From: Azolla caroliniana
Taxonomy: Eukaryota; Plantae; Polypodiophyta
Assembly (NCBI GenBank): GCA_043228905.1
Contig: JBHGNT010000502.1
Span: 1 to 22,537, forward strand
Direction: 5' to 3'
DNA: 22,537 bases
Each line of letters opens with the position of its first letter. The first letter of the stretch is position 1. The notes beneath the pieces were generated by a model. That model made no database searches. It was not told the DNA's origin and saw only the letters and a list, made by a program, of their open reading frames with translations. Position numbers and translations under genes: made by a program. Shown here one piece after another: positions 20,940 to 22,537 of this stretch.

Positions 20940-21249
20940 GTCAAGAAGAGTTAAGTCACCATAACTCTCAACACGTTTCCTCGTTAGATTTCCCCAAAAT
21001 TTAGCACATGCATGTGCTTTGCCTTGCGTTTCGAGAAATTGTTGAGTAACTTCCCATAGTCTTCTCTTTCTTTAAATAAGCCTTTTATACTCATGCAAAT
21101 GGTTTTGGTAATTTTCTTTCTACCTGACTACATCCAAAACCATAAAGCACTTTTGAGCTTCATGACATTCTTTATCAAACCATTTTTTCTTTGAACTACA
21201 TTTCTTGATGCATTTCCAAGATGTGCGGTTGGTCTAACGAGCAATTTCC

Positions 21250-21800
21250 AACTTGAGGTGTGATGAATAATACAATATGAAGTTGTACATCCGTCTAACG
21301 AGCAATTTCTTCATACCAAAAACTAAACTCATGTACAATAGAAGAGGGGTTGTCTTAAATCCGATTAAACGCGGCCAATGGTAAAAATTAACATTTTCTC
21401 TTTCGGATTTGCTTTTGACTTCCAACTAGGAGTGCCTCATAAAAAATCCAATAATCTAACGGGGTTTTGGGAATAAAACTGTGTTACCGAGTTTCTGTTT
21501 TCTTTGTCAAGCAACATCGAGATGTTTGAGAGCTAGGCCACATAGAGAAATACCAGCCTCTTTATGGTAAATGAGTTGTGGGGACAAGTAAGCATTCTCA
21601 TGTCATTTCACCGAGGGTTTTTGGAATCAAGTTGTGTTTCCAAGTTTCTGTTTTCTTTGTCAAGCAACATCGAGATGTTTGAGAGCCAGGCCACGTAGAG
21701 AATTATCGGCCTCTTTATGGTAAATGAATTGTGGGAACAAGTAAGCATTCTCATGTCATGTGGTAGAGGGAGTGTTGCCCTAAAACCATGATTGCCCTAC
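21250..21800 (+). repeat. Repeat copy related to 17320-17640, containing an internal 153-bp tandem duplication
   Basis: CAAGCAACATCGAGATGTTTGAGAGC starts at 21508 and at 21661; the duplicated unit spans about 21461-21760. Confidence 0.88.
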
Positions 21801-22537
21801 ATGTACATAAAAGCAAACAGTTCGCACTCTAGGTTGAGGGCTCCATGTGCTTAAGCCGAAGCATTGAGGTAATAAAAAAGGCCCAAGGTCCAACATGGAT
21901 TCACACAACTCTCTTTGAGCACATGTAATAATATTGCCTATTTATTTTATCACTTGCAATGAATAATATGGCATCCTTGTTTCCTCTTGAAAGAAGCTCT
22001 AGTTATATTGATCATTGCTTGGTAGGTTGATGAATCTCGTAAGCACGTGGCCACGACATCTTGGGTCTATTACTAATTCTCAATTGAGTAACAAGTATAG
22101 TTGCTTGCTAAAGAATACAAATTTATACGCTAGTCAATTCCAACGTGTGTTTAACGCCAAAGTCTTGGTGTAAGCAGAAAGGGTCAAAGACCAATAGGAC
22201 TCGCATGACTCTTGAGAACTGAAAATATGCAATAATATTGTCCACTTATTTTGTCGATTATGATGAATAATATTTACAACCATAGATTGACATATTCGCA
22301 TTCGTGGGGTTTCTTATTCGAATACAAACAAATACGTATACGAATCCATAGTCAAGTATTCGATTTTTTTTAAAAGTACATGAATTCCCTCCTTTTTAGT
22401 TTCCTACGAGATAGGAAAGGTGACTTGACAATAAAAAGGGAACTTGACAGTAATAAAATTTTATAGTAAATGTAAAAGTATTCGTTTTAATTTTGTAAAT
22501 AAATAAAATAAAATAAAGGTTCATTAATTCCTCACTT

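Larger units (their letters stand above)
17825..21233 (-). mobile_element. 5'-truncated, decayed non-LTR retrotransposon (RTEX-like) with RT domain, C-terminal Cys/His motif and (CTAT)n tail; interrupted by two younger insertions
   Basis: The minus strand reads WFDKEC (about 21183), KKLASGKA, PIHKGG, QAGFRK, FVDFKKAF, GVRQGCPL, LLYADD, SKTKIM, FKYLG. After the insertions it reads MAMERVVEY, KWFGRWD, RLSSHAL, RLCKLC..H, ending at TGA about 17894. The tail ATCTATCTATCTAT lies at 17838-17825. Several in-frame stops; no endonuclease domain seen. The clade call is inferred from motifs. Confidence 0.9.

Overview
Eukaryotic, AT-rich land-plant nuclear DNA. The repeat content suggests a seed-free plant such as a fern or bryophyte, but that is inference. 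The one clearly intact gene is a 10-exon plastid-targeted ClpB/Hsp100 disaggregase (ClpB3/ClpB-p type) on the + strand, CDS 9691-16145, 969 aa by manual splicing, all introns GT-AG. The left end looks like the intron-split 5' leader of a minus-strand gene leaving the window. It carries a spliced 54-aa small ORF (1048-932 + 836-789), a candidate conserved-peptide uORF. The rest is mostly decayed transposon DNA: an L1-type LINE 3' end, a small MITE family, a solo LTR with a 5-bp TSD, and a Ty3/gypsy chromovirus integrase-chromodomain relic. There is also a nested complex in which a 5'-truncated RTEX-like LINE (about 17825-21233, minus) is interrupted by a young 840-bp hAT-type non-autonomous element and a 190-bp poly(A)-tailed insert. 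I found no RNA gene or CRISPR array, and no demonstrably new multi-gene system. The best leads are the spliced uORF-like peptide and the GAGA-repeat-carrying hAT element.
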